NCBI GenBank assembly: GCA_048013815.1
Contig: CM106585.1
Coordinates: 11,098,001-11,162,000, forward strand
Direction: 5' to 3'
Source of the DNA: Setoptus koraiensis
Taxonomy: Eukaryota; Animalia; Arthropoda
Length of the DNA stretch: 64,000 nucleotides
Positions 62,734 through 64,000 of the stretch are shown in pieces. The position numbers were made by a program, and so were the translations under genes. The notes under the pieces are model-generated. The model had not been told where the DNA came from. It was given only the letters and a program-made list of their open reading frames with translations, and made no database searches. Every line of letters begins with the position of its first letter. Position 1 is the first letter of the stretch.

Positions 62734-62951
62734 CGAATTGGGAGGAGTATAGTAAGCAGGCTCAAGAGTTGTATGATAAAAATCCAATGGGGTGCCGTGT
62801 CGTATTTAAATACAGACACAACGATGGTCGCCTTGTGCTCAAGGTGACAGACAATAAAACATGTCTCCTATATCTAGCGGAGCAAGCTCAAGATGTCAAA
62901 AAGATAGATAAGCTATTGTCCGGTATGATGCGAAATATGGTGTGCAAATAA
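62721..62951 (+). CDS. SRP9: Signal recognition particle 9 kDa protein
   Basis: MPYLANWEEYSKQAQELYDKNPMGCRVVFKYRHNDGRLVLKVTDNKTCLLY...DVKKIDKL is the SRP9 signature (76 aa, intronless). Confidence 0.95.
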   Translation: MPYLANWEEYSKQAQELYDKNPMGCRVVFKYRHNDGRLVLKVTDNKTCLLYLAEQAQDVKKIDKLLSGMMRNMVCK

Positions 62952-63249
62952 ATATTATCACGATAAAATAAAGTTTAGGATGATGGATATATATAAACAC
63001 GCTACAATTCTGATTCAATGCACACAATAAAATGCCACACATATTGAATGCAAACAGTAAATTACTTCATTTACTAGATTTTATATAATATTCATATTCA
63101 GAATATTTATTTATTAAACAATATATTACATACACATTTGCATACATCTCATCAGAGTTGATTCAATATCCACATCAAAGATCGATAATCACATTGGGGA
63201 ACATTTCATGGTGAAAACAATAGACACCCGGCCTCGGGAGTATCACTGT

Positions 63250-64000
63250 CTACGGGGATACAGCTCTCTGTTTTTCTTCTGAATCAGATTCATATTGTCG
63301 CATTCGTGCCTCAACTAATGGTCTGAAGTGTCTAATCAATCCTTGTATGGGCCAAGCTGCGCCATCGCCCAAGGCACATATTGTGTGGCCTTCAATCTGT
63401 TTTGATATTTCATATAGCATGTCAATCTCTTCGGGCCTTGCATTGCCATCGACGAATCTCCACATGATCTTATTCATCCAATCTACTCCTTCTCTGCAAG
63501 GGGTACACTGGCCACAGCTCTCATGTTTGTAGAACTCAGTTAGCCTTGCTATGGCTTTGATTATATCAGTTTGTTTGTTCATAACAATAATCGCTGCGGT
63601 ACCAAGACCTGTCTGAGCTTGAATTAATGAGTCAAAGTCCATAAGCACAGTTTCACAAGTGTCTTTCGGTATGACAGGCGTGGATGATCCACCAGGTATT
63701 ATGCCCAGTAGGTTGTCCCAACCCCCAAGAACACCACCAGCGTGACGCTCTATCAATTCTTTTAGAGGTATCGACATTTCCTCCTCTACAGTGCACGGAT
63801 TATTTACGTGTCCAGAAATATTGAACAGTTTTGTGCCTGTGTTGCGGGGTCTTCCTAAACCAGCGAACCATGAGCCCGTTCGACGGCAGATAGTTGGTGC
63901 AACGGCAACAGTTTCTACATTAGCCACTGTAGTGGGACATCCGAATACTCCTACGTCAGCTGGAAACGGGGGTTTCAATCGAGGTTTTCCTTGTTTTCCT
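63250..64000 (-). CDS. NDUFV1: NADH:ubiquinone oxidoreductase 51-kDa subunit, 3' part (5' end lies beyond the window)
   Basis: [39 protein letters not shown] (4Fe-4S motif) and [14 protein letters not shown]. Confidence 0.98.
   Translation of the reverse strand, partial: GKQGKPRLKPPFPADVGVFGCPTTVANVETVAVAPTICRRTGSWFAGLGRPRNTGTKLFNISGHVNNPCTVEEEMSIPLKELIERHAGGVLGGWDNLLGIIPGGSSTPVIPKDTCETVLMDFDSLIQAQTGLGTAAIIVMNKQTDIIKAIARLTEFYKHESCGQCTPCREGVDWMNKIMWRFVDGNARPEEIDMLYEISKQIEGHTICALGDGAAWPIQGLIRHFRPLVEARMRQYESDSEEKQRAVSP

Overview
Eukaryotic genomic DNA, not prokaryotic. GT-AG introns could be reconstructed by hand, mostly about 90-290 nt. The gene content and compact intron-poor layout suggest an arthropod, most likely an acariform mite, possibly an eriophyoid plant mite (inference, no database search). 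1-20 kb is AT-rich and gene-dense: a 3-exon gustatory-receptor-like gene, a TSSK-like pseudokinase, an acidic coiled-coil orphan, two mucin-like genes, a PP1-like phosphatase facing a small RVxF-motif protein, a truncated polycystin-1-like PLAT protein and a secreted PPVY-repeat proline-rich protein. 18.6-33.1 kb holds a probably 5-exon RGK-family GTPase gene with a ~500-aa low-complexity insertion in its G-domain and a hAT-like MITE in its long intron. Next come a CRAL-TRIO gene, a decayed LINE, a GPI-type C-type lectin and a ~14-kb GC/CpG-rich gene-poor domain full of short tandem duplications, where the many short ORFs look spurious. The right end is a tight housekeeping cluster: group III phospholipase A2, TMA7, a ~260-nt Pol III-type structured RNA resembling 7SK, an ORF overlapping SRP9, and the 3' part of NDUFV1. 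No CRISPR arrays, rRNA or convincing tRNA were seen.
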